Assembly: GCA_001949185.1 (NCBI GenBank)
Contig: BDGG01000007.1
Coordinates: forward strand, 383,401 to 447,400
DNA: 64,000 nucleotides
Origin: Ramazzottius varieornatus
Lineage: Eukaryota > Animalia > Tardigrada
Reading direction: 5' to 3'
Notes under the pieces: model-generated
Seen by the model: only the letters and a program-made list of their open reading frames with translations
What the model was told of the DNA's origin: nothing
The model's database searches: none
Translations under genes and position numbers: made by a program
Shown: positions 50,329 through 63,100 of the stretch, in pieces
Position numbering within the stretch: position 1 is the first letter of the stretch
How the letters are laid out: each line of letters begins with the position of its first letter

Positions 50329-53017
50329 TCATCTAAATAAAACCAGGCAAAATAGAAGGAGCATCGGTTGCAGAGCTGGCGGATCAGACTTCGCCGCACC
50401 ACTGTAAGAAAATCATGAGATTATGCTGCAGAATAAGCAGTGCAAAAGCGGATGGAACATAAAGCGTAAGCTCTCACCTTGGTGTTGTCTGAGCAGTGGC
50501 AGTGGAGTTGGTTATGGTACCGTCGGTTTGTCGACTGATTGTAGAGGTTTGCGCTGGCGTGAGAGGTGAGGTACTCGTTGGTAGCAGAATGGTAGTAGTG
50601 CCCGATGCTGGCTGGGTGGTGGCAGAGCTGCCCAGTGTCTGGCCAGTTGAGCTAAAACTTGGTGTGGTCGACAGATCCATCGATGGTGTTGTGAGGTGTT
50701 CCACAGGCTCATGAGCCGTGGTAGTGACGGTCAGGTTCACATACATATTTGTATCACTGCTATTTCCCACGTAGATCTCGAACTGTCCCTCTTCAACCAG
50801 CCAATGCCATTGGTCATCCAAAAAGCTAAAATCTCTTTGCGGCATTAAAACAAAATCCACTCGTTCCGATTGATCGACCGGTATCCTGAGTTTCCTGAAC
50901 GCTTTCAGTTGACGGGTGGGTCGAGTGATACTGGCTGCCACATCGCGGATATACAATTGTACGACCTCTTCCCCCTCTCTCGTTCCAAGGTTTCTCACAT
51001 CGACACTGACAGTCACATTCTGCTCCGCCGTGATACTAGTGGCATTCAACCGAAGGTTGCCAAAGACGAAATTAGTATAACTTAATCCGAAACCGAAGGG
51101 GTACAACGGGGAGTTCAACACATCAAGGTACTTTGACTTGTCCCGTATGTCCGGCGAGTTCGTTTCTCTGTCAACTGGTCTGCCCGTATTCTTGTAATCG
51201 TAGTACAGAGGAATCTGACCGACGTTCCGCGGGAAAGACATTGGCAGTTTTCCACTGGGGTTGACGTCACCGAAAAGTACATCGGCAATGGCATGTCCAC
51301 CCATCGTGCCTGATCTCCAGGTGATGAGTACTGCTGGAGCACTATGATGTAGCTCTTCCAACGTCATCGGGCGACCGTTCACCACGACAGCTACGAATGG
51401 CTTGCCAGTAGCCCTAATTCGTTTCACAAGATCCAACTGATATCCTGGTAGGTCAAGGTCGGTCTTTGAGCCACCTTCGCCTGAATACTCTCTAGGCTCG
51501 CCCACAACAAGTACAACAAAATCCGCCGCTTCAGCGACTCGAACAGCGGCATCAAAGCCGGCGCTGGTACGGCAGTAAGCATTACACCCTTCCGCGTAGG
51601 TTACTCTACCGGTGGTGTCCGTTACACCGAGCTTTTCCATTATGCCTTCCAGCATCGTCGTCGAGTTCTCCCACTTTGCGTCACCGGCCCAATGATCCAA
51701 GGTTTCGATCCTATCGGCAGCCAACCCACCAATCACGGCAATTTTCCCAATGTTTTTGTCGATTGGGAGAGTGTTGTTTTCGTTCTTCACCAATACTAAA
51801 GTTCGAGCGGTGATATTTCTAGCCGCGTCACGATGTTCTTTTTTGAAAACGATTTTATCCTCTAAAGTTTCATCCACAAACGGATTGTCGAATAAACCCA
51901 GACGAAATTTGATGCGCAGGACGTTACGAACAGCGCCGTCGATGGTGGCGGTGGAAACTTTGCCAGATTGAACCAGCTGGGGACCGTGAGTGTTGTACGT
52001 TCGACTGATCATCTCCATGTCGGTACCAGCGTTCAAGGCGTACATTGCTGCTTCGCTGTCGTTGGCCGACAACTGATGGTTGGTCAGCTCGACGACGGCG
52101 TCGTAATCGGAGACGACTAGGCCGTCAAACTTCCACTCATCACGGAGGATTTCCCGAAGGAGGAATTCGTTAGCGGTGGCGGGTACACCGCTGAGGTCGT
52201 TAAAGGCTGTCATGAAGGAACCCACTCCTGCGTCGATGGCGGCTTTGAAGGGCGGAAGGTAAGTTTCTCGAAGACGTCGTTCGCTCATATCGACGGTGTT
52301 ATAGTCTCGACCGCCTTCAGCCGCTCCGTAGCCGGCAAAGTGCTTGGCGCAGGCCAGCACCTTATCGGGACGACTGTAGTCATCACCCTGAAAAATACAG
52401 CAATAATTTTGACAGAGCGAAGCGAGCGACATGAAGCCACGTACCTGAAATCCGCGGACACGAGCTTTGGCCATCTGGTTCCCCAGGTAGACATCTTCAC
52501 CCTGGCCTTCCATAACACGTCCCCATCGGGGGTCTCTGGTGATGTCGATCATAGGCGCGAATGTCCAATGAAGTCCCACAGAGCGGGTTTCAGCCGCGGC
52601 GATGGCAGAAGCTTGCTCCACAGCGTCGAGGTCCCAGCTGGCGGTCTCGCCCAAAGGTATGGGAAAGAGGGTGCGGTAACCGTGGATAACGTCAAAGCCG
52701 AACAAGACAGGGATCTTTAGGCGGGATTCCACAGCATACCGTTGAAGTGTGTTGGTTTGATTCGCACCTCGAACGTTGATTGTCGAACCCAACAGCCCGT
52801 TTCTAACCATATCGATCATGTAAGGCTGAAAAGTTCCGACGTAGTCCCCGTCAAGTTGTTGGAGCTGTCCAAGCTTCTCCGCCAGCGTCATGTTACCGAC
52901 CAGTTCATTGATTCGAGTTTCAATCTCCTCCGGACTTAACTTGCATTCAAGGCAAGGCAGCCCACAGAATAATCGAGAGATTGTTCCCACAATAAAGATT
53001 CTCATTGCAAAATCCAT
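50329..53017 (-). CDS. GH3 beta-glucosidase (BglX-like) with signal peptide, Fn3-like domain, S/T stalk and GPI-type tail; introns 52444-52388 and 50477-50402
   Basis: MTLAEKLGQL, FDVIHG, RDPRWGR, KHFAGYG, VVSDY (nucleophile D), GKLPMSFP, PLYPFGFGLSYT. The last exon gives SGAAKSDPPALQPMLLLFCLVLFR*. Confidence 0.93.
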
Positions 53018-53500
53018 CGTTGCACATTCGTACCTGATTTTTTACTACGAAATCTTTGAGCTCATACTATGACAAACCGTCGCTTCTACAGCCCGTAGTG
53101 TTAGGTACGGCTTTAACAGGGGTCCCTTACGAGAAATTTAGAGTTCAAGTTTACAACTGATGTTGCGGAATGTGATATACTTTATCGTTATCTGACAAGT
53201 GAAACAATTTGCACCAGATTTTGCCTACTGTTCAGTGTTTGAGGACGCTGTGGCTACGGACTATAACTCTACCCGGAAGCGATTACGTGACGGTCCAGTA
53301 TTTACTATCTTGTCTCAACAAGACAATCACGATAAAAAGTCTTACATCACATCGTTTTGCCGAATGCATGGAGACTCGCTGTGTACGCACAGCATTCCTA
53401 TAGATTCTTTGAGAGCGGTGCCTTCCTTAAGGTCATACTTGTACTATGGCAAAACGTACACATATAGTCTTTAATTTCTCCGGTACATCCAGTACGTCCA

Positions 53501-55365
53501 TCATGTCAACATTTGTGCCACGTTGTGAACCACTATCCAGATATCGTCGGTTAGGTCTTGTGGTCTTTCCATGGTCGAGAAATGTCCTCCCTCGGGGTGG
53601 TTTGACATGCAGATAAGCTTGGGGAAGAACGGCTTGATGAATTCAGTTGGGTGAGTAGCGAAAGGCGCCTCCCAACGAAAGTCGGAGAAGACCGTTGGCA
53701 CTTTTACCGGAAACCTTTCAAAGATTACAGTTTTGCCTTGTTCGGGAAAGGCTTCTGCCGCGCTCGATATGACTAAGCAGAGCGGGTACTATTAACTTAC
53801 CTGGCTTGTTCCAGATGGATACCGCAACCGTAAAAGCCGCAGTTCTCCTTGTAAATTTGAGTTGAAGAGTATCCTGTTTCAGTAAACCAGTAAATGGCTA
53901 CATTGGTTAGCAGATCATCCATGGTAAAATGCTTGGAAAGTCCCCCGTCCGGCAGTTGAACGTTGTTTTGTCTGGTGAAGAAGCTAAACTGCATCAGGAT
54001 CCAGGCTGCTAGTCCCACAGGCGAGTCCGCAGTTCCCACACCTGCAAGAAATACAGGTCAGCGCTCTGACAAACCTACCATCACCAACAATCGTCACATT
54101 AATATCAAAATGCAAAAGCAGTTTGATATTCCTCAGACATACCAACAGTGTAAGGTTTTGTTGCAAACATGTGCATGTATCCGAATTCTGTGACAGAGGG
54201 CTTGAACACACCACTCCAGTTGGACAGCAGCTTGTACGTTTCCGAAGTGTTTGACAGCAAAAGCGAAGGAAAAAGGCTAGCGACTGGTGTTTGGACCATT
54301 AATGGGAAGACTGGAATAACCACTAAGCTGATATCTAGGCCAAGCACTCTGAAAAAGGACTGAATGACACAGGGACGAAACACTGCCGAGCGTCATAAAA
54401 GGTAAAGACACAGTGTGGGAAAACCAGCCTACCTTTCCGGGTACATAACTGCAGCATAGCGAGCGATGAATGCTCCCCAGTCGCCGCCGTAGGCGAAATA
54501 GCGCCCATAACCCAAGCGCACCATTAGTTTGTTCATGATACGGGCCATGTGAGACGGATCCATGCCTAGGGAGAAAAAAACACGGCGAAGTTGAAGGAAG
54601 TTTCAAGACCGGAGAGCCCGAAAAAGCATTGGCACGCTCATTCTGCTTAGCTTGGGAAGACATACCGGTCACTTCGGGGGCTTCAGAAAATGCGAAGCCC
54701 GGAAGCGAGGGGATGACAAGATCCAGAGTATACAGTTGGCCGTTATACGCTCTTGGAACTTGCAGGAGGGCAGCCATCTTGTACAGCTCGAAGAAGCTGC
54801 CGGGCCATCCGTGGAGCATCAGCAGTGGGTAGGTCTTGGTTGGCTTTCCAGCCGGATCAGCCTTGATATGGACAAAGTGGATATGCAGTCCTTCTATTTC
54901 CGTCTTAAAATGAGGGTACTGGTTCAACATGGCTTCCTGTTTTCTCCAGTCGAAGCTGTTTGTCCAGTAATCGACAACCTGTATGATATTCAAGTGCCGT
55001 GAAAATGTCCAAGAATGGCGAAAGTGGCTTGGCGACTTTACCGTTTTCATGTAGTCCGGATGGAAGCCATAGGTGAAGTTGACTCCTTTCGTTACGGCTT
55101 TTGGGAATCTGGTGTTGCGAAGCCGTGTCTGCAAGTCGTCTAGATCAGCTTGCGAGATGTTGATATTGAACGGAATAATTTCCTCATTGTCGGCTGTCTT
55201 GTTGCCCGATGCTGACCAGACTTGGTCGTCGAAAGGGAAAGCAATGTGAAGTGGAGGCCGAGGATGCACCAACAACTCGACGAGATCCGGTCTGTAAATA
55301 AGGAAGCCGAAGAACACAGCGGAAAACAACGTGCTTCCCAGCAGAAAAATCCCCAACAGTGCCAT
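53501..55365 (-). CDS. EPHX1: microsomal/JH-type epoxide hydrolase, multi-exon
   Basis: N-terminal TM, DLQTRL, HFKTEIEGLHIHF, HGWPGSF, GGDWG nucleophile, DSPVGLAAWI, GGHF. Confidence 0.92.
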
Positions 55366-56457
55366 CGGATATCGTGATTAGAATATGTTACATGCTTTGC
55401 TAGAACGTCAAACAATGGCTACCGACGCCGGTGTTTGTAGGCGAATACGATGGAAATCATCAGCTGTTCGCCAGACAGCATACTGACTTGCTTAAAAGTT
55501 GTATACTGGCTCCGGGCGTCCTGTCAGGCTGACAGCGTGCTGCAACAGATCTAGACCGTGCTTACAAAAACTGCTACTTTCTCTTGTATGTCTCCCTGGA
55601 TCGAAAGCATGCCTCGCGCAAAAAAAATTACGTAACTGGATCTTCACTAAAGAGTGCTGTAGAACTTGTTTGTGGCGTAGCGCCTTTGTGTATACGCGCG
55701 ACGAGAAATTATGGGCTAGTAAAGATGTGGGCCAAGCGGCCCAAGCCTTTTCGCTAGGGAAGAACGTACGGACGCGAGTGATTCACAATAATACACTCTT
55801 CGACACGCTGCTAGGTTTGAATTGCCATTTTCCCGCCTTTTCCGCCTGGCCCATGATTTGTACTGGCTTATAATTTCTCGTCGTGCATGTACGAACCGAA
55901 AGTATACTGCAGTAACCAGTCTCACCACAATGCACCTAAATGCTCGCTGTTAGTCACCATCGGGTAGCTCCAAGACCGCCAAGCCACCAGCCGAGAGCAG
56001 CCGTTCTTCGTCCTCACCTCAGGGAGCTTCCTCAGCTGTCAAACCGTTGAAGCCACACTGAAGACATGTCTTTCTGACCTTCCGGACTTGCACCGGTACT
56101 TCTTCTACAGTTCAATGATAGGAGCAGCCATGACATCAGCCCAGAACGAAGAATGGCCAATGGAAATAGTCATGCTTCACGACCTTCGTCCGCCGAGAAG
56201 TTCCTATCCTTGACCTGCAGCCTTACTCATATCCGCTTGCAGCCTGCAACTTTTCACAGCTGTCGTACGACTTATATTTAACATTGATATTTTTCAACCC
56301 TTTTTGGGCCTCGCAAGCTTTTCACAAGTCTGTGCACGCGTATGCAGTCGCTTAGCCAAGAGCTCGGCGGGTTCCAAGCAAGGCACTTGGTTCACGAGTC
56401 GATATTTACCCTCCTGTCTTTGTCTAGCCGCTGTGTGCTTCAGTTATAGTCATTAGA

Positions 56458-57472
56458 GAGGTTGATACTTGGCTGGATTAGTTTAGTGTTTTCGATTAGC
56501 ACAGTTTTCTGACTCCACCCACCCGTTCTACTAATCATGCACAGGTTGCGATCCGCCATACCGGGTTCGGTTTAGCATAGTGTACGTACGTACATCGCCA
56601 AACGTAAAGCAGCAGTTAAAGAAGCAGTTAGAGCGTCCAGCACAAAGCTACAGCTATATCAGCAGTTAAGGAGATTGGAATGCTGCAAAGTTCATCAACA
56701 AAGCTACAGTTAACGTTGGAGCTTGCAGTCAAATTATGCAAGTAGCCAAAGCTACAGTTAAACCTACAGTTCTGGGGATAATTATTCCTGGTTAAAGCTA
56801 CAGTTAACGGTAGCGTTAACTGTGGCCCTGCGTGCACTGCAACGGGCGGTGAGTTGACGATACGCTTAACTACAGCTTTGATTATATGAAGACTACGTTG
56901 AAACTGCAGGTTTGACTGCAGCCTTGGTGCTCCTTTTGAGTTAAGAAAGAAAAATAGTTATTCAGCTTTGTGGCTGTGATTCCTGGGCTCCTGGCTGAAG
57001 TTAAGAGCCAAGTGTTTCTCAAAAGCGACGTGGAATCTCAAACTTGATTTTCTATTTGGATATGGTTTTGTATTCCATGGTCTGAAGACGGTTTTCTTGA
57101 TCTGGCGGTCATGATACCAAACGGAAAGAGAATCCTCAGCAAGGCTGGGGATGTGGTGCAACAGTTCGAAATGCGAAAACTGTCAGTTGAAAAAGTCAAA
57201 AATCGCCGTAAAGTAGACGACAGAGAAAGTTTACTGATTCACGCAGCATGATGGCTGCCAGACAGTAATCAATGCCCACGGTGGAACTTGACCAGGCCAC
57301 TAAACACTTTCCACTAAACAGGGCTTAGTGGGCTACACGCACTAAGCACGATTAGGAATTTGCATAGCATATTGGGTTCAACGCGTTCAGGCCCGTCTCC
57401 TCCGCCTGATCTGATTGGCTGGCCACTGTGCTAATCCGGCTTACTAAACTAAACATGGCGAGTATCAACCTC
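56458..57472. mobile_element. non-autonomous TIR element, same family as 48226-49038
   Basis: gaggttgatacttggc..tagtttagt / actaaactaaacatggcgagtatcaacctc, with internal ctacagtt repeats. Confidence 0.7.
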
Positions 57473-58773
57473 TGGATTCCGCTGCTGTCCTAGAGATATG
57501 GTCTGTCAAAGTTAAACCGTTCTTAGTTTCTGAAGGTAAGCCGACTTATCAAGTTACCTGTCTACCTCTAACGCTCCAAGGAAATGGGGATATGCAGAGA
57601 CAGTTCCATTTTACTAAAATCGACACACTCTTCCGAATGAGCCATACATGTTCAGAGATGAAAACTCCAATGAAGCGGGATATCACACATCACGTGACCA
57701 TATAGATTAACCGGATTAATGAAAACATGGCTCCCAGAGTAACTTTTGGCGCTCTTTCCCAAACGCATCCTTCTAATACAGTCGCATAATCCAGTCACAT
57801 GATACCAACACGCTTATACATGTTTGCCCGCAGACGGTGTCTAAGATGAATTCTTATCCCCTGCTCGATAAGGAGCCTTTCGTGGTGATCAGACCAACCA
57901 GCGACATGATGTAAGACATTCTACTCGTTGGTAACTTAAAATATACTACTGTATGACCCTTCTAGCCTATAGTTCATCAGTGATTCATTTGCGACCTATC
58001 TTTATATTTCCCGACGACGACGCGAGTAGCACGTGAACAAGAGCCACCTGTCGAACAAAGAATAGCTTCAGCGTCAGTAACACAAAAACGCTGACGGGAA
58101 AGACTTCCAACCTACAAGAACGGCTTCTGTACTTTGCATCCGAGCCGTCTCTTGGTTTGCCTCATTCCCCATTCGATATTCGGGATCGCTGTCAGTTCTC
58201 TCAATGTTCTACTGTACGGACGATGGCATGAGGCTTAGGAGTGTTCAACTAGTGGTTGTGAATCGGTACGCTTGCATGGTTTGTGTTTCTTGACGTCAAC
58301 CGACTCCTCCAATGCTTACTGCTTGCTTGCATTTCTTTGAAGGGTGCACAGGAAATCCATTGATCTGTCTTTTCCCAGAATCGGGACTGCGGTAGAGATT
58401 CTACAGCAAAAGTCAATTAGTGCAATCTTCCCGAACTCATGTAACCAACTGCGTTGTTCGTGCTCACCAAAGACGCTCTCGAACTACAGTATCACACTGA
58501 ACACCACCACTCGAATGACTAGACGCAAACCTGCGCAGTTCACAAATAACTCCAGATGAGTGAGTTTTATGTTTCTTGAAATCCGGACTTCCAGTTGGTA
58601 TTACGGACCGCGGGACCGTAGTCTCAACCGAAGATAGAATGCATATGGATAACAACGGGAAGAGTGATTTTGTTAGACTTTAGTAATATGCCATTTCTGG
58701 AGTTTTGTTTCGTTTTGAAAGTCCCTTTCAACGTAATTCCAATATACCACTCTAACTAGGCATATGCTAAAAC

Positions 58774-58855
58774 CAGGGCCTGGACTGGATCGGTGGATCC
58801 TTGTATCTGGATCCTGTATCTGGATTTCCCCTGGATCTGTACTCTGTATCTGGAC
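58774..58855. repeat. cluster of tatctgga/ggatc repeats, possible terminus of the MULE element
   Basis: gtatctgga occurs 3 times and ggatc several times within about 80 bp, at the start of an AT-rich block downstream of the chromodomain gene. Confidence 0.4.
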
Positions 58856-59094
58856 TATCATATTTTAAAACGGAGGTGACAGGTGAATGACAAAAATTTT
58901 TTTACAAGGAACCCCCGAAAAAAATCCCTAAATAAGAGACAGAAATTAAGAAAACTGAATATTTAGAAAACTGAAGATTCAGAATAAATTTTCAAACGAG
59001 GGGTACGGGTATGGTCCATTAAACATTAATGGTAATAGGAAAATAATAATTGATAAACTGAAGAGAAAAACTTTGCCAGATATTTAAAACTGTC

Positions 59095-59778
59095 TCAGAT
59101 GAATCTCAAACCGTTGTAGACAGGGCGTCTGTCGCGTCTTCCCCCTCTCCTTTCCGACTTTCTTTTCCCTACCTCTGGGTACGCTTTCACCATAGCATAC
59201 TTGACCGAGTTCTGGATCGATTTCTGATCAGACAGGCTCAGCTCCGCGTAGTTTTTTTCTTTGAAGAAGGAGACAGCCAGGCGTTCATACAGAACATCAG
59301 AGTAGACAAAGCTCTCCGCGTCTTCTTCCACCATCGCTCTTATCGCATGTGTTAATGATCCTGTTGGCTTTAATGGAATTTCTTTTGTTGCGGTTTCAAC
59401 AGCCGCATGCACGGGCGCGGTAAAAGAAGTGGGTGGCGGATTGGACGCAGGAGAATGCGCATACGTAAACATGTCGCAAAGCCGATTATGTTTTGTCTGC
59501 AGTTTCGCCTTCCTAATATTCCTCAGATATCGGTCGACAGTTTCAACTGAGTTGTACAAATCCGCAATTTGCCAGCTGTTTTCTTCCGGACCGTAATTCT
59601 TCCACTTGACAAGGAACTGCTTTACTCCGTTTTCCGTCCTGTCTGCGATTATTCCGTCCACTTCATATTCCAAAGGACCTTGATCTTCCACTGGAACAAC
59701 GAGGAGAGGGGGCGGCGGCAATGAAATTCTTGGTAACTGACGTTCCTTCACTGGCACAACAAAGTCCAAGGGTCGCAT
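59095..59778 (-). CDS. intronless chromodomain + RFX-like winged-helix protein
   Basis: PPPP..EYEVDGIIADR..FLVKWKNYGPEENSW chromodomain. The C-terminus VYSDVLYERL..VKYAMVKAYPEV..RRGGRRDRRPVYNGLRF resembles an RFX-type wHTH. Confidence 0.8.
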   Translation of the reverse strand: MRPLDFVVPVKERQLPRISLPPPPLLVVPVEDQGPLEYEVDGIIADRTENGVKQFLVKWKNYGPEENSWQIADLYNSVETVDRYLRNIRKAKLQTKHNRLCDMFTYAHSPASNPPPTSFTAPVHAAVETATKEIPLKPTGSLTHAIRAMVEEDAESFVYSDVLYERLAVSFFKEKNYAELSLSDQKSIQNSVKYAMVKAYPEVGKRKSERRGGRRDRRPVYNGLRFI

Positions 59779-60133
59779 TTTCAAATGCAGTATTTTTGAT
59801 CAAGTTCAGTAAGAAATGCAAATACCGATGTTGGGACCAAACGTAAAATTCGGGCGCAGAGTGAACTCTGACTAGATGAGCGCATTAAGCGCGATCGGAT
59901 TTACCAAGGAACGAATAACACGGAATGACAGAATACTGGTCGGTGGCTGACCGTGGCTAACCTCGCCCGGTTAGAAACGACAGTCACTACCCGGTTCAAA
60001 ATGACAAACTGGACAGCTGATTTCCTGTTGTCAGTTCGGAATACCGTGGCAACAACTTTTCGCTAAGTTCATACAACGGGTGACTGAAGACGCAGAATTT
60101 AGACAAAAAACTTTACTGTGGCTAAGTTCGAAC

Positions 60134-63100
60134 TTAGACCTTCTTTCCGGTGAACTGCTTCAAAAACTTTTTGTGGCTTGGCTCAAACGATTCTTCGTCC
60201 TCGGTTCGAATCACGATGTCGGATGGATTGAATTCTTTGTCGTGCTTCTCGACGCATTTTGCGTTAGCGTGGAAGTAAACCGGAGAAACTTTTCCATTTT
60301 GTTCTTGATTGTTCTTCTTGGAAGATCGTATCATCTGACTGACGACGACCAGGTCTTTCGGGGGACTGGGAGCATCACCGTCCAACCGAAACTCGGTATG
60401 ACAACCAGAGCACTTTTTCACACTTCCGTGACAGCCAGACAGAAAACGAAGCTCGTAAGTGAATGGCTCGACAGCTGCAACGGAATTCTTGGTTCGTTTC
60501 TTCGCTGTGTTCTCTGCGGCTGTTCGATAAGCCAAGGCTTTACCTGAAACCGACCAGCATCACACAATCGTTCCGCTGCCATGAGGTCAGAAAAGATGAA
60601 CTACCTTCAGCAGAAGTTAAAGTTGAAACCTGCGACGTCTTTTCGTTAGTTCCAAGGCGGCGCTGGGTCCGGTTGTGACGTTTTAGTCCAGTGCCTTTTG
60701 CAAGCTGGAATGACGCAATCTTGTCTAACGGGGCCTCGGACTTCTGTTTGTTGTGCCACATTGCGTATGCCGCGCTGACCTTCTTGACGGCAGCGACAGC
60801 CAGCGCGTGTTGACATATCTTCCCAACTCTGTATGGAAGACAAGTCTTTGCGTCGCAGGCTACCTGTCCGGTCTTCGGGTTAATGGTAACGGTATGAAAT
60901 TGATTTCTGCTGCTGTGACTGGCCACAATGAAGCACATGTCGTCATCACCCGGCGCAGCGGTGATATACTTCTTGTTGTCCATCAAAGCCCGCGCTTTCA
61001 CTTCGAGCTGAAGACGCTGTCCACTTTGTATATTCGCAAAGCCATCGAGCAGTGAATCTTCAGAGTCAACAGGGGAAGCACGAGGGGAGGAAGCTTCGGG
61101 CAGAGTCTTCTGAGTGAGCTCGAAAATTTCGCCCTCCAAAGAATCCTCAACGATAACCACGTCTACTTCCTTCTTCAACACAGGCTGGGTGTGTATCTTT
61201 CTCAGAAGCTTCTTTCTGTCTTTTTCCGATTGCCTAATTAAAGACTTGGAATTATTGACTTTCGAATTTATCAAAGGCTTGAGCTAACGAAAGGGACGAG
61301 ACTACCGCCTGATCACTTACACCCGAAAAAAATCTGTGGCCCGGACTTTCAGATGGTTGTATTGGTCGAGCAGATCCATTCCAGGTGTTCGGTCGATCAG
61401 CGTCTCTTCAATGTCCTTTTCTTGTTTCTGCACGAGCTTCTGCATTGCCTCAACAAAGGGAGTGAGCTTCATCTTCTCTTTGCCTGTCTGCCGCTTTATT
61501 ACGGAGTTCATACATTCGTTTGCGTTCTGAGTATAGACGTCCAAGTTCAGTTGACAAGCGATCCGTGTCGACAGCGACATGCAGTTCTGTATCAGGTGCT
61601 CTTTCTTCTCCTTGAAGTACGAGACAAAGTCAGCGCCTTCTTCCATGATCGCAGTCCATTTCTCATACAGGGCGCCAGCAGCAGCAGTCTCGAAGTCTCC
61701 CCCTGCACAGTCCACCAAACCAGCCGTCTTGTCTGTGCCTTGCTTCTTTCCGAAGATGTCTTGAATGACCTGCATAGAGACGTCAGGTTTTTCCCCAAGG
61801 GCACGAAGCTTCTTCTCTATGTTATCGCGCATGTGTATGTCACAGAGAAGATGGTTCGCTGCTGGAAAGAGATCTTTGAACGGCTGGTACAAAGCCGGAT
61901 CACCATCAGTGCCATACACCTTCAAGTCTACCAACTCAGGACAATGTTTCTTCAGAGAAGCTGCCATCTGCCAGTACGTCGCCCGCGACTTGTCTTGATG
62001 GATGAAGATAGCACCTGAACATGAACAGGTTAGCTTCACAAATGTTTTTGATAAGCAGTGGACTATCAATACCGAAACTCCTTTAGTATCATCGTTAATA
62101 AAACTTACCGAGCATGACTGGATGATCCCCAATATTGGCAGATCTCGACCGAAGAAACAGGTGTCGATACGTCACAGCAGTAACGAAGAACTTTCCCACG
62201 TTGAACATGGTGTCGACGCCAAGCACAGAAAAATTATCAGCATTCGTGCAGAATCGTACCATGTCACCGAACTGTCTCTTTGTTGCGCAGAAGATGAAGA
62301 GCGATGGGACTGCGTGGATTTCGTTGATGAATCTGAGAGACGGAAAGTCGAATTCTTTCTTGCATTTTTCCTGAAGTCCCATGATGTCATCTACTGGCTG
62401 CGCGTCTTGAGTTAAATTTCGGATTTGTTTCGTGCCGGTTGGGATACTAGCGGGGTTCTTTACTGTGTAGATCTCATCGCGATCCTCTTCAAAGGTCTTC
62501 AGAGCGTTGCCGCGGTCTTGGCTCTTTAATGACTTCTTCACGCTTTGATAGCTTCGACTGTAAGGCTTTGATCCGTGTCGACGGTTACCATGCTGTGAAG
62601 GTTCGAAGGAATGTGCCTCCTTGTCAAACTGGTAATACAGAAAGGAGTAATCACGCTTGGCATGGCTGTCGTCGTGAGCGCGAATGTACACTCGTCTGAA
62701 GTCTTTGGACGAGTTGCAGATCCAAGTCTGTCGAGTGAACCAGTATCCCTCTTCATCAGCGTCGTACTCTTCCTTCGTTGCGCTCATCAATTTACCTTCG
62801 GTGCGGGTGAAATAGAAGGAGCGCGGACCGTGTGTTGCAGAATATGCTCCGTTATCGTCGGAGAGAACATCACGCGGATCAGTCAGCGACTTCTCATGCA
62901 TGATGAACACACAATGATCTTCTGGTCTAAATGGCGGATCTTTCGCGACAGGATCGATTTCCAAATGGACGTCCAGTAACAGCTGGACAGCATCAAACGT
63001 GCCGACTGTCTGGTTCCTTCCTCGACTGAAGCAGTCTGTGTTAGCGTACTTGCAAGGCGAATATCCCAAGCTACGTCTGAAAACAAGTATCAACAGTCAC

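Noticed and set aside
50474-53017. GH3 as bacterial contamination
   Set aside because: It has spliceosomal introns and a GPI-type tail, and it is flanked by animal genes.
60080-62979. + strand ORFs opposite the transposase
   Set aside because: These are antisense shadows of the coding strand.
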